DNA of 64,000 nt from Candidatus Bathyarchaeia archaeon (GTDB taxonomy: Archaea; Thermoproteota; Bathyarchaeia; 40CM-2-53-6), in assembly GCA_049513715.1 (NCBI GenBank), contig JBEKVV010000001.1, positions 96,001-160,000 on the forward strand, given 5' to 3'. Shown here one piece after another: positions 9,075 through 19,154 of the stretch. The stretch's first letter is position 1; every line of letters starts with the position of its first letter. The translations under genes and the position numbers were made by a program. Under the pieces are notes generated by a model that was not told the DNA's origin, ran no database searches, and worked only from the letters and a program-made list of their open reading frames with translations.

Positions 9075-10613
9075 ATAACACAACGCGAACTAGCGCCCAA
9101 GAAGATCACTAGAAATGAACTGAATTCTCTTGTCGATCGAGCTGCTGATCTAATCAGAACGGCTGTAGACTACAAGTTCATTCTCGTTCTGCTCTTCCTG
9201 AAGAGAGTCAATGACTTCTGGAAGACTGAAAGGCGCCAGTACGAGGAACGGCTGTCAAAAGAGGCAAAGATGTCTGGAAAGGAGGCCCAAGAACAAGCGG
9301 AAAAACTCGATTACACATTCAAGATTCCAAAACAGTACCTCTGGGACGAGATAACAAAGGACGTCAAAACTCTACCGGAAAAACTGGGGACAGCGATAAG
9401 CGAGATTGCAAAGGTAAACACCGAACTCCAAGGCGTTATCAACAGAGTCGACTTCTTGGAGTTCGCAAGAAATCAAGAAAACAGAGAACTCTTGAGACAG
9501 CTAGTAGAACTTTTCAACAAATATGACCTGGGGGGCGATGAAGTCTCACCAGACGTTCTTGGCGATGCGTACGAACATATTCTCATGAAATTCGCACCCG
9601 AGCGAGCAAAGGAGGGAGAGATCTACACACCTAGAGAAGTCATCAAACTCATGGTTGAGGCCCTAGATCCGAAACCAGGGGAGAAAGTGTACGATCCTTG
9701 TTGTGGCTCTGGAGGTATGCTCATAATCTCGTATTTGCATGTCCTAGAAAAATACGGAGAGAAGGAAGTCAAGAAGCTTTTCCTCTACGGCCAAGAGAAA
9801 AATCCCGAGATCTACGCAATAGGCGAAATGAACCTGCTGCTGCATGACATCAAAAACGCAAATTTGGAAAATGGTGACACACTTGACTTTCCGAGGTTCG
9901 AAGAAGATGGAAGACTGCAACAGTTCACCGTAGTCATCGCAAACATACCATGGAACCAGGACGGCTACAACGAGGGCCGTCTCAAAGCAGTGAAATTCAA
10001 GGATAGGTTCAGTCTTGGATACCCGCCTCAAAGTTCAGCCGACTGGGCATGGATTCAGCACATGATTGCTTCTACTATGGATGGTGGAAGAGCAGCAGTG
10101 GTGGTCGACAACGGAGCCCTATTCAGAGGTGGCCAAGAAAGAGTTGTAAGAAGCAAGATAGTGGCGAAGGAGAGAGACTGGATTGAGTGTGTCATTCTGC
10201 TTCCCGAAAAGCTCTTCTACAATACCGGAGCCCCGGGGGCAATTGTAGTTTTCAAAAGGAACAAAAAGGACGAAAGGAAAAACAAAATTCTCTTTATCAA
10301 CGCTTCGAACGAGTTCATACAGCATCCATCGATTAGAAGATTGAACACGCTATCTTCGGACAACATGAACAAGATAGTCGAAGCATACAACAACTTCTCC
10401 GAAGTTTCTGGTTTCTCTAGGGTCGTTGACGTCAAAGAGGTTGTCAAGAACGATTACACTCTGAATGTTTCTCTCTACGTGATGCCTGTTGCAGAGGGAG
10501 AACCGGTCAACATCTCTCAAGTGTATTCAGAGTTGAAGGAACTGGAGCAAAGAAGAAACGAACTCAGCAGGCAACTAGATGAGGTATTGACGAAAGTACT
10601 AGAGTTAGAGTAG
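9075..10613 (+). CDS. hsdM: Type I restriction-modification methyltransferase subunit
   Basis: N-terminal AADLIR..DY.FILVLLFLKR lies upstream of the first ATG; GEIYTPREV, DPCCGSGG, ANIPW and LPEKLFYNTG motifs; ATA start inferred. Confidence 0.95.
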   Translation: MTQRELAPKKITRNELNSLVDRAADLIRTAVDYKFILVLLFLKRVNDFWKTERRQYEERLSKEAKMSGKEAQEQAEKLDYTFKIPKQYLWDEITKDVKTLPEKLGTAISEIAKVNTELQGVINRVDFLEFARNQENRELLRQLVELFNKYDLGGDEVSPDVLGDAYEHILMKFAPERAKEGEIYTPREVIKLMVEALDPKPGEKVYDPCCGSGGMLIISYLHVLEKYGEKEVKKLFLYGQEKNPEIYAIGEMNLLLHDIKNANLENGDTLDFPRFEEDGRLQQFTVVIANIPWNQDGYNEGRLKAVKFKDRFSLGYPPQSSADWAWIQHMIASTMDGGRAAVVVDNGALFRGGQERVVRSKIVAKERDWIECVILLPEKLFYNTGAPGAIVVFKRNKKDERKNKILFINASNEFIQHPSIRRLNTLSSDNMNKIVEAYNNFSEVSGFSRVVDVKEVVKNDYTLNVSLYVMPVAEGEPVNISQVYSELKELEQRRNELSRQLDEVLTKVLELE

Positions 10614-10614
10614 C

Positions 10615-11175
10615 ATGGTTCAAGTTTTCTTTCTTGACACCAACGTAATATTGGATTACTTGGAGGGCAGAAACGAAGAAGTAAGAGCGATAGTAGAACG
10701 CCTCATCAACCTGCACAAGAATGGCAGAGTTGTCTTAGCGACCTCGATATTGAATATTGCTGAGTCCATTTACAACGAGCTTGATCTACACTTCGGCAAG
10801 TGGGGTCTTGGCCAGAAGTTCGCTTTCGATGAGATTCGGAAGAAAAGAAAAAACTGGGATTTATTTGCCGATGTTGCAAAGGATAACAACGTGATGGAGA
10901 AAATCCAAGCTTTTGCTTACAAAAACGGAGTAGCCCTATACTCGGTTCCGCCCGAAGTCGAAGAATGTGACCGACTCTACGAGCTGATTTTCAGGCATCA
11001 GTTAGAGTCACAAGACGCTCTTATTGTTGCAGCTGCACTAACGAACAACGCGACCTATTTCCTGTCCGATGATTCTACCTTGATTAAGAAAACCAGTGAC
11101 ATATTGTACGGTTACGACCTTCAAAATGAACAGTCACGTAACGCCTTCCTGAGGGATGTTCTGGAGGCGATTTGA
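10615..11175 (+). CDS. PIN (VapC-like) domain ribonuclease
   Basis: FLDTNVI, NIAES, SQDALIVAAA and FLSDD carry the four acidic PIN residues. Confidence 0.9.
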   Translation: MVQVFFLDTNVILDYLEGRNEEVRAIVERLINLHKNGRVVLATSILNIAESIYNELDLHFGKWGLGQKFAFDEIRKKRKNWDLFADVAKDNNVMEKIQAFAYKNGVALYSVPPEVEECDRLYELIFRHQLESQDALIVAAALTNNATYFLSDDSTLIKKTSDILYGYDLQNEQSRNAFLRDVLEAI

Positions 11176-12446
11176 AAGTGAAGTCGCTAGCCTTCTACAG
11201 AGAAGAAAATCTCGCGCAAACAGCTATCGGAAGGATACCGAGGGATTGGACTGTTGTTACCATAGGAGAAATCGCTGAAACCATGAGTGGAGGGACTCCA
11301 AGCAGGATAAAGAAGGAATACTATGGCGGAAATATCCCTTGGGTCAAATCTGGAGAACTGAAGGACAATAATATCTACAATACGAGTGAGACCATCACGG
11401 AAGAGGGATTACGAAATTCTTCAGCGAAATTGCTTCGCAAGGGCACATTGCTGGTTGCGTTGTATGGCGCGACCGTCGGAAAGACCGGTATTCTAGGAAT
11501 AGACGCCACGACAAACCAAGCCATCTGTGCAATCACGCCAAAAGAGAATAAGCTTGAGCCCTACTATCTCAAGTATCAAATAATCGCAAGAAGAAACGAG
11601 CTTGTTTCTGCAAGTTCTGGTGGAGCTCAACCAAACATAAGCCAAGGCATCATAAGAGCTGTCAGAATTCCACTGCCAGCATTGGAAGAGCAACATGAGA
11701 TCGCTGAGGTTCTCTCAAACGTCGATCAGACGATTCGCACGACCGATCAAATCATCGCAAAGACGGAACTTCTCAAGAAAACTCTGATGCAGCAGCTTCT
11801 CACGAGGGGAATAGGGCATAAGGAGTTCAGGGATTCTGAGATCGGAAGGATTCCGAAATCTTGGAATGTCTCTAGACTGGGCGATGTCGCAAAAGTAGAG
11901 CGTGGTAAGTTTTCGCACAGGCCTAGAAATGCACCCGAGTTCTATGGTGGGAAGATACCATTCATTCAAACAGGTGATATCGCAAAAACTAAGGGAATTA
12001 TCCGAAACTACTCCCAGACGTTGAACGAAAAAGGGCTGAAGATTAGCAGGCTATTCAAGAAAGGCACGATTGTCGTTTCAATAGCAGGTAATATCGGCGA
12101 CATCGGAATGCTCGGCTTTGATGCGTGTTTTCCTGACAGTGTCGTGGGTATTTCGGCTCATGATGAAATGCATAGCATGTTCCTCATGTACTTGCTCCAG
12201 ATCTATCAACAGGAGCTAAGTGGCAGAGCCCCCCGGAGTACACAGAAAAACATCAATCTACAAATCCTGAAGTCTATCAGAATTCCAGTTCCATCTGCTG
12301 ATGAACAGCGTCAGATTGCTAGCGTTCTTTCAAGCATTGACGGAAAGCTCGAAGTTGAGAGGAACGAGGGAGCAAGTCTGGAAAAGGCCAAGCAAGGACT
12401 AATGAATTTACTTCTTACAGGGAAAATCAGAATCAAGGTAGATTGA
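11172..12446 (+). CDS. hsdS: Type I R-M specificity subunit
   Basis: Two TRD repeats (GRIPRDW / GRIPKSW), PLPALEEQ and KQGLMNLLLTG. Confidence 0.95.
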   Translation: MKVKSLAFYREENLAQTAIGRIPRDWTVVTIGEIAETMSGGTPSRIKKEYYGGNIPWVKSGELKDNNIYNTSETITEEGLRNSSAKLLRKGTLLVALYGATVGKTGILGIDATTNQAICAITPKENKLEPYYLKYQIIARRNELVSASSGGAQPNISQGIIRAVRIPLPALEEQHEIAEVLSNVDQTIRTTDQIIAKTELLKKTLMQQLLTRGIGHKEFRDSEIGRIPKSWNVSRLGDVAKVERGKFSHRPRNAPEFYGGKIPFIQTGDIAKTKGIIRNYSQTLNEKGLKISRLFKKGTIVVSIAGNIGDIGMLGFDACFPDSVVGISAHDEMHSMFLMYLLQIYQQELSGRAPRSTQKNINLQILKSIRIPVPSADEQRQIASVLSSIDGKLEVERNEGASLEKAKQGLMNLLLTGKIRIKVD

Positions 12447-15400
12447 ATGAGTTATAGTGAAAAGGGCACAGTCGAAGATTTCATCATTCAAGAGCTTCAG
12501 AAACTTGGATGGAAGTTCCTGAACCAGAAGGAAATGGAGGCAAAGCGCAAGGGCAGGCTTGACGAACCGCTGGTTCTGGAAGACCTTAGGATTTCTATTA
12601 GAAAGCTGAATCCCGATATAGATTTCACAGATGCCGACCTTGATTTTGTCGCTGTCTCCCTTAGGACGATGCCATCGAACCTCGAAGGAATCAGGAGATT
12701 TCTTGACATTTTCAGAAATGGCATCGTCGTCCCGATACAGAAGGAGAACAAGGAGAAGGTCGTCGGACTTTTCGACTTAGCTAGCACTGACAACAACGAG
12801 TTTGTTGTTACAAATCAATTCAAGCTTGAAGGCTCGAAAGCCAACATCAGGGCGGACATCATTCTTCTGGTAAACGGCATCCCTCTGGTTTGCATCGAAT
12901 GCAAGAGCCCCACTCAGGAGAATGTAGATTGGACAACCGGTTATACGAAGATAAAGAGATACGAGCGAGACGCACCTGAGCTCTTCAAGTACGTCCAGTA
13001 TTCAATCGCAACCGACGGAATGAAGACGAAATATTTCCCAAACGGCTTCAACGACGAGAGCACAGATTTCATCAGCGAATGGAAAGACCCGCACCCGTTC
13101 AAAGCGTCAGAGTTCAAAGATGACATTTTGAAAGCCACCGTGTACGGGCTACTGTCGAGGTCGAACCTTCTCGACCTCATCGAGAATTTCACTTTCATCA
13201 GGAAAGAGACGGACAAGTCCACCAAGATAATGACTCGCTATATGCAGTTCAGGGCTACGGAGAAGATCTGCAAGCGAGTAATTCAGACTCTGAAAGGCAA
13301 GGAAAACAGCAAGTTCGGTCTGATATGGCACTGGCAGGGTTCCGGTAAGACTTACACTATGGCGTTCACTGCCTGGAAGCTCTACTTTTCCTCTGCAACA
13401 GAAAGGCCGAGCATCTTTGTGCTTGTCGACAGGAAAGACCTGGAGGAGCAGATCGAGAAGGATTTCGGCTTCATCGAGGTGCCGTTGGAGAGAATCCACT
13501 CCATCAGGGAACTCGTCGAAGTCTTGAGGCACGGCAAGGAAGGCAAGAGAGGAGTATTCCTCGTCACGATAGAGAAGTTCAGCCCGAAGGAGTTCAAGGA
13601 ACTTGCGAAAGAAAGCGGCGAGATAGAAATCAAGCGAGAGAATGTGATAGTCCTCGCCGACGAGGTTCACAGGACACAGTACGGCAAGTTCTCGACGCTG
13701 ATGAGACACATTTTCAAGAAAGCGTTCATCTTCGGCTTCACCGGCACGCCTCTCTCGAAGTTGGAGCGCAACACCTTCTCGAAATTCTGCCCCAGAGGCG
13801 AACTCTACCTCGACAGGTACTCGATGCTTGATGCCCTAAAAGACGGTTTCACAGTCGAACTTTCCTACCAGCCGAAGCTCCCTGAGTATCACCTGAATGA
13901 GAAGCAATACAAACAGTTTGTCAAGTTCGAGGAGGAAGAAATCAAGACTCTGTCCAAAGTGGAGCAGAAGGAACTCAGAAAGAAGATCAGGGTAATCACT
14001 GCATTTGTGAAGAAGCCGGAACGAGTGAGCGCAATCACTGCCGACATAGCCCAGCATTTCAAGGATGTCGTCGAACCGACTGACCTCAAGGCTATGGTCG
14101 TTACAATTGACAGGGATGCGTGCGTCCAATACAAGACCGCACTGGATAAGGCCCTTCCGCCGGATTTCTCCGAAATAGTGATGACATTCACTCCTGACGA
14201 CAAGCAAGACATCAGGTCATACTTTGACAAGCTGTGCGAGAAGTACGGCACCAAGGACATGAAGGACATTCACGACAAGATTATTGACAGCTTCAAGACG
14301 GGCAAACAGCCGAAAATCCTCATCGTCACTGACATGCTGATAACGGGCTTCGACGCCCCAGTCCTCTGGACGATGTACCTCGACAAACCGCTGAAAGAGC
14401 ATAGAGTTCTCCAAGCCATAGCAAGGACGAACAGGCCGTTCTTAAACAAGAAATTCGGTTTGATTGAAGATTACATTGGAGTCCTAGCGGAACTTCAGAA
14501 GGCGTTCCAGAAGTTCGAGGCAAGCGACGCGAAAGACTTGCGTGTTGTCATAAGACAGCTTGACAAGGAAAAGGAAGAATTCAAGGGCCTCCTTCAGAAA
14601 GCGCTGAGAATTTTCGAATCGGTAAAGAAAGAGGACACCCGTGAAAGTCTAGAGAGTGCGATGGACGTTCTGGTCAATCCGGAGACGGCAAAACAGTTCG
14701 AAGCGGTCATGCGGTCGCTCATGAAATCCTATGAAATGCTCAGAGGCGAGGCGTTTCTGGCTCCATACCTGTCGGACTATACTTGGCTCACCAAGATGCT
14801 CGTAGCCTATAACAAGCGCTTCAAGAAGAAGGACGTGGACGAGCTCAAGATACAGGAATTATCAAGGAAGACATATCAGCTCATACAGCAGACTATTGAC
14901 GTAAAAGAGATCGAAGATACATACCCAACTCTAAGCATCAACGCCGAGTATGTGGAGGCGCTCAAGAAATCGAAACCCAAGACAATGGGCGCCGCAATCG
15001 ACGTCATTGCTGACATCCGGCACGAGGCGAGCATCCATCCGAGTTCGCCTTTCTTCCTCAACCTAAGCAGAGAAATCGAGACGGCTTACGAAGACCTCAG
15101 GACGAAAAAGGTCGACATAGAGGAGGCCGTACACAAAGCCATCGATTTCTCTGAGAAAATCGCCGCCTGGAAGACGGAAGAGAACGAGATAGGGAAGGAC
15201 AAATATCCGCTCTACGAGGCCGTGAAGACAGTACTGCCTGACGTCGAAAAACAGAAGGCGGTCTCATTTGTCAACCGTCTCACAGAGCACCTGCAGGAAC
15301 TGGGTTTGCTCTTCGAAGGCTGGCAACTGCAGAGAGACGTACGCCGGAAAGTAAAATCCGAGACAAGATTCCTCCTCCTGTCTGACTACAAGGAACACCA

Positions 15401-15458
15401 TGACAAGATAGACGAACTCACCGAGCAACTGTTCGGAGCAATGGAGGGAATGCAATGA
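12447..15458 (+). CDS. hsdR: Type I R-M restriction subunit
   Basis: RADIILLVNGIPLVCIECK nuclease motif; HWQGSGKT, DEVHR, GFTGTP, MLITGFDAP and QAIARTNR helicase motifs. Confidence 0.97.
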   Translation: MSYSEKGTVEDFIIQELQKLGWKFLNQKEMEAKRKGRLDEPLVLEDLRISIRKLNPDIDFTDADLDFVAVSLRTMPSNLEGIRRFLDIFRNGIVVPIQKENKEKVVGLFDLASTDNNEFVVTNQFKLEGSKANIRADIILLVNGIPLVCIECKSPTQENVDWTTGYTKIKRYERDAPELFKYVQYSIATDGMKTKYFPNGFNDESTDFISEWKDPHPFKASEFKDDILKATVYGLLSRSNLLDLIENFTFIRKETDKSTKIMTRYMQFRATEKICKRVIQTLKGKENSKFGLIWHWQGSGKTYTMAFTAWKLYFSSATERPSIFVLVDRKDLEEQIEKDFGFIEVPLERIHSIRELVEVLRHGKEGKRGVFLVTIEKFSPKEFKELAKESGEIEIKRENVIVLADEVHRTQYGKFSTLMRHIFKKAFIFGFTGTPLSKLERNTFSKFCPRGELYLDRYSMLDALKDGFTVELSYQPKLPEYHLNEKQYKQFVKFEEEEIKTLSKVEQKELRKKIRVITAFVKKPERVSAITADIAQHFKDVVEPTDLKAMVVTIDRDACVQYKTALDKALPPDFSEIVMTFTPDDKQDIRSYFDKLCEKYGTKDMKDIHDKIIDSFKTGKQPKILIVTDMLITGFDAPVLWTMYLDKPLKEHRVLQAIARTNRPFLNKKFGLIEDYIGVLAELQKAFQKFEASDAKDLRVVIRQLDKEKEEFKGLLQKALRIFESVKKEDTRESLESAMDVLVNPETAKQFEAVMRSLMKSYEMLRGEAFLAPYLSDYTWLTKMLVAYNKRFKKKDVDELKIQELSRKTYQLIQQTIDVKEIEDTYPTLSINAEYVEALKKSKPKTMGAAIDVIADIRHEASIHPSSPFFLNLSREIETAYEDLRTKKVDIEEAVHKAIDFSEKIAAWKTEENEIGKDKYPLYEAVKTVLPDVEKQKAVSFVNRLTEHLQELGLLFEGWQLQRDVRRKVKSETRFLLLSDYKEHHDKIDELTEQLFGAMEGMQ

Positions 15459-15832
15459 AGAGGACAATCGAAACCACCGATGACCCTCAGATTGAGGCGC
15501 TATATTCGAGACTTTCCAACGTTTATGATCAGATACGAAAAGAGAGAAGAGTCGAAGTTTTCGGCACGCTTGATTTCGAGGTCGTCAAAAGCATAGATGG
15601 CAAGAAACAGAGAATTGCAAAACTCAAAGGAAACAAGATATTAGTTCACATAAAGGCAAGGAGATTGCCGAAGAATGCTCTCAGATATATCATCGCCCAT
15701 GAAATCGCACACACGCTCACAAAGCGACACACAAAGAGATTTTGGAAAGTCGTCGGAGCAATTTACCCGACGTATGAAACGGGACAGAGCCTTCTCATGA
15801 AATATGGCAGTGAAGTTAGCTTTCCAGATTAG
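15455..15832 (+). CDS. M48/YgjP-like zinc metallopeptidase (short)
   Basis: YIIAHEIAH...HTKRFW; typical position after hsdR. Confidence 0.85.
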   Translation: MKRTIETTDDPQIEALYSRLSNVYDQIRKERRVEVFGTLDFEVVKSIDGKKQRIAKLKGNKILVHIKARRLPKNALRYIIAHEIAHTLTKRHTKRFWKVVGAIYPTYETGQSLLMKYGSEVSFPD

Positions 15833-16228
15833 TATCGCTAAATCATTGATTTGCTTGAGTTACTCTCGACTTGTGCCGACGACTTGCCGCACTTAGCTGA
15901 TCCACTCTCACCAGGGAATACATTCACGGGTAACATGAAAGCGCTTGGATCTCCTCAGACGATTTTCGAAATATGGCCCATACTCCACATACCTCCTAAC
16001 GGAAATCGGGAATCCAAGAAACTCCTAACGTTCGAATCCGCTCCATCTCTGTCGATCCGTGCGTAGAAAGACTGAAGAGTTACCCCTTTGTCATCGTGGC
16101 TTGCCAATTCAGGTCGTGCAGAATCCTTGACAGCTGCTGGGAATCCTAGTCTCGGTGCAACATCTACCTTCATCTACCTTCTAACTTCCAGCCCGTCAGC
16201 ACGGATTCGACACTAAAATTCCTGAATT

Positions 16229-17149
16229 GTGTACAGGGACTTGATGAGACTCGTTCCATCAACCAGTCGCTTTGCCCATAAGCAGATTACAAATAGTGAA
16301 GAGATCTATTATCAGATGAAGAGAGCAAGACCGATAATGGCTCAGCAAGCACAACTTATCAACCGGTTGAATGACCTCAGTGGCAAAGAATGGATGCTAT
16401 TTACGAAGTCATGGTTCATTCTGAATCCATCTCCGAGAGGTCTTAAGGCATTACACCCGGCCTGCTACCCAGAAGAACTGGCATCGGCCTTCATCCAGTT
16501 TTTCACTAAAAGGGATGACTGGATCCTTGACCCTTTCCTCGGATCGGGCACCACTCTTGTCGCGGCTAAGCGGGCGGGACGAAATTCGGTGGGGATAGAG
16601 GTTTACAAGAAATATGCTCAACTCACGAAAGATCGGCTATCACAGATCGATGGTAACGGCACAAAGAGTCAAGTCTATGCGGGAGATTCAAGAAACATAA
16701 CATCAATCTTCAAAGCGAACAAACTGCCGTTCATAGACTTCTGTCTCACTTCGCCACCCTATTGGAATCAACTGCGACAGAATCACAGAAGACAAAGATC
16801 GAGAACAGAAATGGGCTTGTCGACTAGCTATGGAAAGTCAAAGCTCGACCTAGCCAACATTGATGACTATGATGAGTTCCTTCGAGCTGTCGTAGGTATC
16901 TTTGACGGTGTCCACAATGTAATGGCGAAAAACTCCTATCTCGTATTAGTTTGCAACAACGTATATCGTAATGGAAGAGTCTTCCCGCTGGCGTATGATC
17001 TGTTTCGTATGCTATCAAAAAAATGGATACCGAAAGACGAGCGCATTTGGTGTCAGGACAATAAGTCACTTTATCCATTTGGAATCTATTGCGCATGGGT
17101 AGCAAACCGTTGTCATCATTACTGTTTTGTTTTCAAGAGGGCTGACTGA
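16229..17149 (+). CDS. N4-C/N6-A DNA methyltransferase (true start probably 16316 or 16337)
   Basis: NDLSGKEW, HPACYP, DPFLGSGTT and TSPPY motifs. Confidence 0.9.
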   Translation: MYRDLMRLVPSTSRFAHKQITNSEEIYYQMKRARPIMAQQAQLINRLNDLSGKEWMLFTKSWFILNPSPRGLKALHPACYPEELASAFIQFFTKRDDWILDPFLGSGTTLVAAKRAGRNSVGIEVYKKYAQLTKDRLSQIDGNGTKSQVYAGDSRNITSIFKANKLPFIDFCLTSPPYWNQLRQNHRRQRSRTEMGLSTSYGKSKLDLANIDDYDEFLRAVVGIFDGVHNVMAKNSYLVLVCNNVYRNGRVFPLAYDLFRMLSKKWIPKDERIWCQDNKSLYPFGIYCAWVANRCHHYCFVFKRAD

Positions 17150-17868
17150 TCTCCCATCTTGATGCCAATCTGCCCGTCTCTTTTTCCGCCCTTATGAGGC
17201 GGAAGGTTCATCACCAGAGTCATGACGACGTCATGCTCTATTTCATCAAGTCTCTTTGATAAGAGGCTTCCAATGGTCGAGTACGGCATCTCGATCGCAA
17301 TGGCACTAATTGTGCCATCGACTACTGATAGTTTGCTAAGTCTGACAGGTCGGGCAAGATCGAGTCTGAAGTTCCTCATTTCCTCGCTATTTTCATTTGA
17401 AACCCAGAGAATCTCTCCGACTAATTTGCGTGTCACTTTGTTGGCATAGAGGCTTCGCTCGATGGGTGTCTGAATAGTCAAAGTGACCTCGTTTATGGAC
17501 TCCTGTTTGAAGAAACCCTTGTCTTTTAGCTTGATAGTCTTGACTTTTCTCTTACGTGAGGTAATCACTTCAAAGTGATCATCGGCTAAGTCAGTTTCAA
17601 TTCCTCCTGGAGGTGTGTATTGTATTAGGATGTCAGCATTCAACGGTGGTTCGTAGAGTTTCAAACGCTGATATGGAAAAAGCCGTGTTCCCCAGTTTAA
17701 GGCACATTTTAGCACCTGTATTCTACGAAGAGTAAAATCGTCTATGTAGACGTCCTGATCCGAGTTGGTAGACTTTGGTTTTTCATATGCAGCGTATCCC
17801 AACCAGCCGACAATGGCCGTACCAATAATGCCGACAATACCGATCATAATGGATGTGACATCTGTCAA
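17119..17868 (-). CDS. Hypothetical protein with an N-terminal transmembrane helix and a beta-rich soluble domain
   Basis: IMIGIVGIIGTAIVGWLGYAAY hydrophobic helix. Confidence 0.75.
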   Translation of the reverse strand: MTDVTSIMIGIVGIIGTAIVGWLGYAAYEKPKSTNSDQDVYIDDFTLRRIQVLKCALNWGTRLFPYQRLKLYEPPLNADILIQYTPPGGIETDLADDHFEVITSRKRKVKTIKLKDKGFFKQESINEVTLTIQTPIERSLYANKVTRKLVGEILWVSNENSEEMRNFRLDLARPVRLSKLSVVDGTISAIAIEMPYSTIGSLLSKRLDEIEHDVVMTLVMNLPPHKGGKRDGQIGIKMGDQSALLKTKQ

Positions 17869-17891
17869 TCTATGTCTACTCGAAGCATGGT

Positions 17892-19154
17892 TCAGCGAAA
17901 ACCTTCACGAGTGATTACGTGCTTCACATAATCAGCGTCGATAGTCGCACGTGTGTCTGATGCCAGGTTTTCTATACACAGTCTGCAGAGTGTCACCACT
18001 TTAGAAACCGTTCCCTTGGTTGTCGAGAAGATCTCGTCCAACGCGGCTATTGTGAATGGGAAGATCGAGGCTTCGATGGTCGAACGTGTATCGGTAGTCT
18101 CAGACTTCTTTGCAGAGCCAGATATCCTCGATGTCAACAAATAGCGCTGAACTAGTTCAAGAACTTCTTTCTTGCTGAACGGCGCTAAATCGATTACTGA
18201 ACCAGCGAGCCGCCTTTCAAGCGCACTCGGTACCTCAGTGAGTTCCTCCCATTCAGCAGGTGTTATTGCAAACATGATTGCGAGGCCGCCCGGGTTACCG
18301 TCTATGAGATGACGGAGAGCATCCTGGTAGAGCCCTCTTGACATTCGGGTTATCAGGGTGATTGCTTCTAACTCATCGATTAGAACAACCAATCCCGAGA
18401 GTCCAATCACGTGAAGTAGCTTGAGAAATGCGTTTAGGGCCCGCTCTGCAATAGATTGGTCATCGATAGTCGAATCTATTCCAAGTGTCTTATGTTCGTC
18501 TCGCGAGAGAGATGAACCGACAAACCAACGCCATGCTATGGAACCAAGCTCAGGGTGTGGCAGAATCAGAAAGGCTCTAACCAAGTCTGGATTCTTGGCT
18601 GCCGCAAGACGAGGCAGCATATCATTTACCAACTCCAGTGATCTCGCGATGCTTAGATATTTCGGAACATCCGAGTAACTATTCAAGACGTACGACTGTT
18701 TTTGAGCAAGGTACTTCTGAGTTTCTGCTTTCGAGAGATTCTGAAATATCCAGCGAACCGCAAGATCTGTCAGCAATTCTCGTCCGAGATCGTCAACTAT
18801 GTATAGGAAAAGATCCCGCATGCTTCTCCCAGGAGACTTGGCGTAGATGGCTAGTGCAGGGTTGTCTCCTGTCGAGAGTTTTCTATTTACGCTTAGTTTG
18901 AAAAGCTTAAGCAGATGGCTCTTTCCTGACCCATAATCGCCTAACAGAACAGTCACAGAGCTGGAATTATCAGTGCGCAATACTGTAAGAACATCAAGAA
19001 AACGTCTAATGGCAGCCTGTCTATCTGCAGTTGTAAGCGGTAAATCGGAGGGAACTGCTGTAGAGGGAAATGGGTTCCTGGTCAAGAGCAGTTTTGAATA
19101 GTTCTTCTTCTGAAGATTACTGAGATCTATGAAACCTTGCTCATCCAGACTCAA
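17892..19154 (-). CDS. AAA+/P-loop ATPase (BrxD/DUF2791-like)
   Basis: N-terminal NPFP, GDYGSGKSH Walker A, LVVLIDELE Walker B, ALERR arginine finger; AWRWF..SLSR insertion reminiscent of BrxD. Confidence 0.85.
   Translation of the reverse strand: MSLDEQGFIDLSNLQKKNYSKLLLTRNPFPSTAVPSDLPLTTADRQAAIRRFLDVLTVLRTDNSSSVTVLLGDYGSGKSHLLKLFKLSVNRKLSTGDNPALAIYAKSPGRSMRDLFLYIVDDLGRELLTDLAVRWIFQNLSKAETQKYLAQKQSYVLNSYSDVPKYLSIARSLELVNDMLPRLAAAKNPDLVRAFLILPHPELGSIAWRWFVGSSLSRDEHKTLGIDSTIDDQSIAERALNAFLKLLHVIGLSGLVVLIDELEAITLITRMSRGLYQDALRHLIDGNPGGLAIMFAITPAEWEELTEVPSALERRLAGSVIDLAPFSKKEVLELVQRYLLTSRISGSAKKSETTDTRSTIEASIFPFTIAALDEIFSTTKGTVSKVVTLCRLCIENLASDTRATIDADYVKHVITREGFR

Noticed and set aside
9744..15467. 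Many antisense ORFs within the hsd genes
   Set aside because: Shadow ORFs of long, well-supported genes
15851..16173. Short ORFs between the peptidase and the MTase
   Set aside because: No recognisable motifs in any frame; likely intergenic or decayed sequence
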